Below are positions 63,491 to 64,000 of a stretch of 64,000 bases of DNA, piece after piece. Position numbers and translations under genes: made by a program. The notes beneath the pieces were generated by a model, which saw only the letters and a list, made by a program, of their open reading frames with translations, did not search any database and was not told where the DNA came from. The stretch comes from Scyliorhinus canicula (Eukaryota): contig NC_052172.1 of NCBI RefSeq assembly GCF_902713615.1, positions 19,005,327-19,069,326 on the forward strand, in the 5' to 3' direction. The first letter of the stretch is position 1. Each line of letters starts with the position of its first letter.

Positions 63491-63598
63491 GATTGGCCCC
63501 CGGACAGTTATATACCTACCCAGCTCGATGCTGGCGGAAGAAGAGACGCCTAAATATCCTGGAAGACCCAAGGCTAAGACCCTGTGAAATTAAACTTG
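63491..63598 (+). CDS. DPF1: DPF1 next exon
   Basis: [36 protein letters not shown]; TAG acceptor, G|GTAAAA donor; phase fits the previous exon. Not in the ORF track. Confidence 0.93.
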
Positions 63599-63631
63599 GT
63601 AAAATAGTTTTTTTTTGCCTTTCTCACTATT

Positions 63632-63920
63632 TATAATAATAATCTTTATTGCTACCAGTAGGCTTACATTAACACTGCAATGAAGTTACTGTGAAAATCC
63701 CCTAGTCGCCACATTCCGGCGCCTGTTCGGGTACACAGAGGGAGAATTCAGAATGTCCAATTCACCCAACAAGCACGTCTTTCGGGACTTGTGGGAGGAA
63801 ACCGGAGCGCCCGGAGGAAACCCGCCCAGACACGGGGAGAACGTGCAGACTCCGCACAGACAGTGACCCAAGCCGGGAATCGAACCCGGGACCCTGGCGC
63901 AGTGAAGCAACAGTGCTAAG
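63632..63920 (-). mobile_element. V-SINE-like
   Basis: consensus with (ATT)n tail. Confidence 0.85.
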
Positions 63921-64000
63921 AACACTGATCCGTCCTTAATTCAGGGGGAAAAATAATGGTTTTTTTTTTAGAATGTAAGTTGTCGGGACAGGGAATCGTG

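Overview
Eukaryotic, repeat-dense vertebrate DNA, most likely a shark (inferred from HE1/V-SINE-, DeuSINE-, CR1/L2- and Penelope-like repeats). I can reconstruct two spliced genes by hand. (1) A complete 11-exon ZFYVE1/DFCP1-like gene on the minus strand (51557 to 27910; 1947-nt CDS, 648 aa; P-loop NTPase plus two FYVE domains), apparently lacking the N-terminal zinc-binding region of human ZFYVE1. (2) Two internal exons of DPF1 on the plus strand (57094-57254, 63491-63598), beyond a 500-N gap. Human ZFYVE1 neighbours DPF3, so a ZFYVE1-like gene beside DPF1 looks like a retained genome-duplication paralog. About a third of the window is minisatellite, and several arrays visibly grew out of SINE/LINE copies or out of a splice donor. 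There are also Penelope-type hammerhead ribozyme motifs (one pair in a 186-bp palindrome) and a SINE>LTR>SINE nest. All very long ORFs in the track are repeat artefacts. Repeat-family names and human comparisons come from recalled sequence, not database searches; repeat boundaries are approximate.
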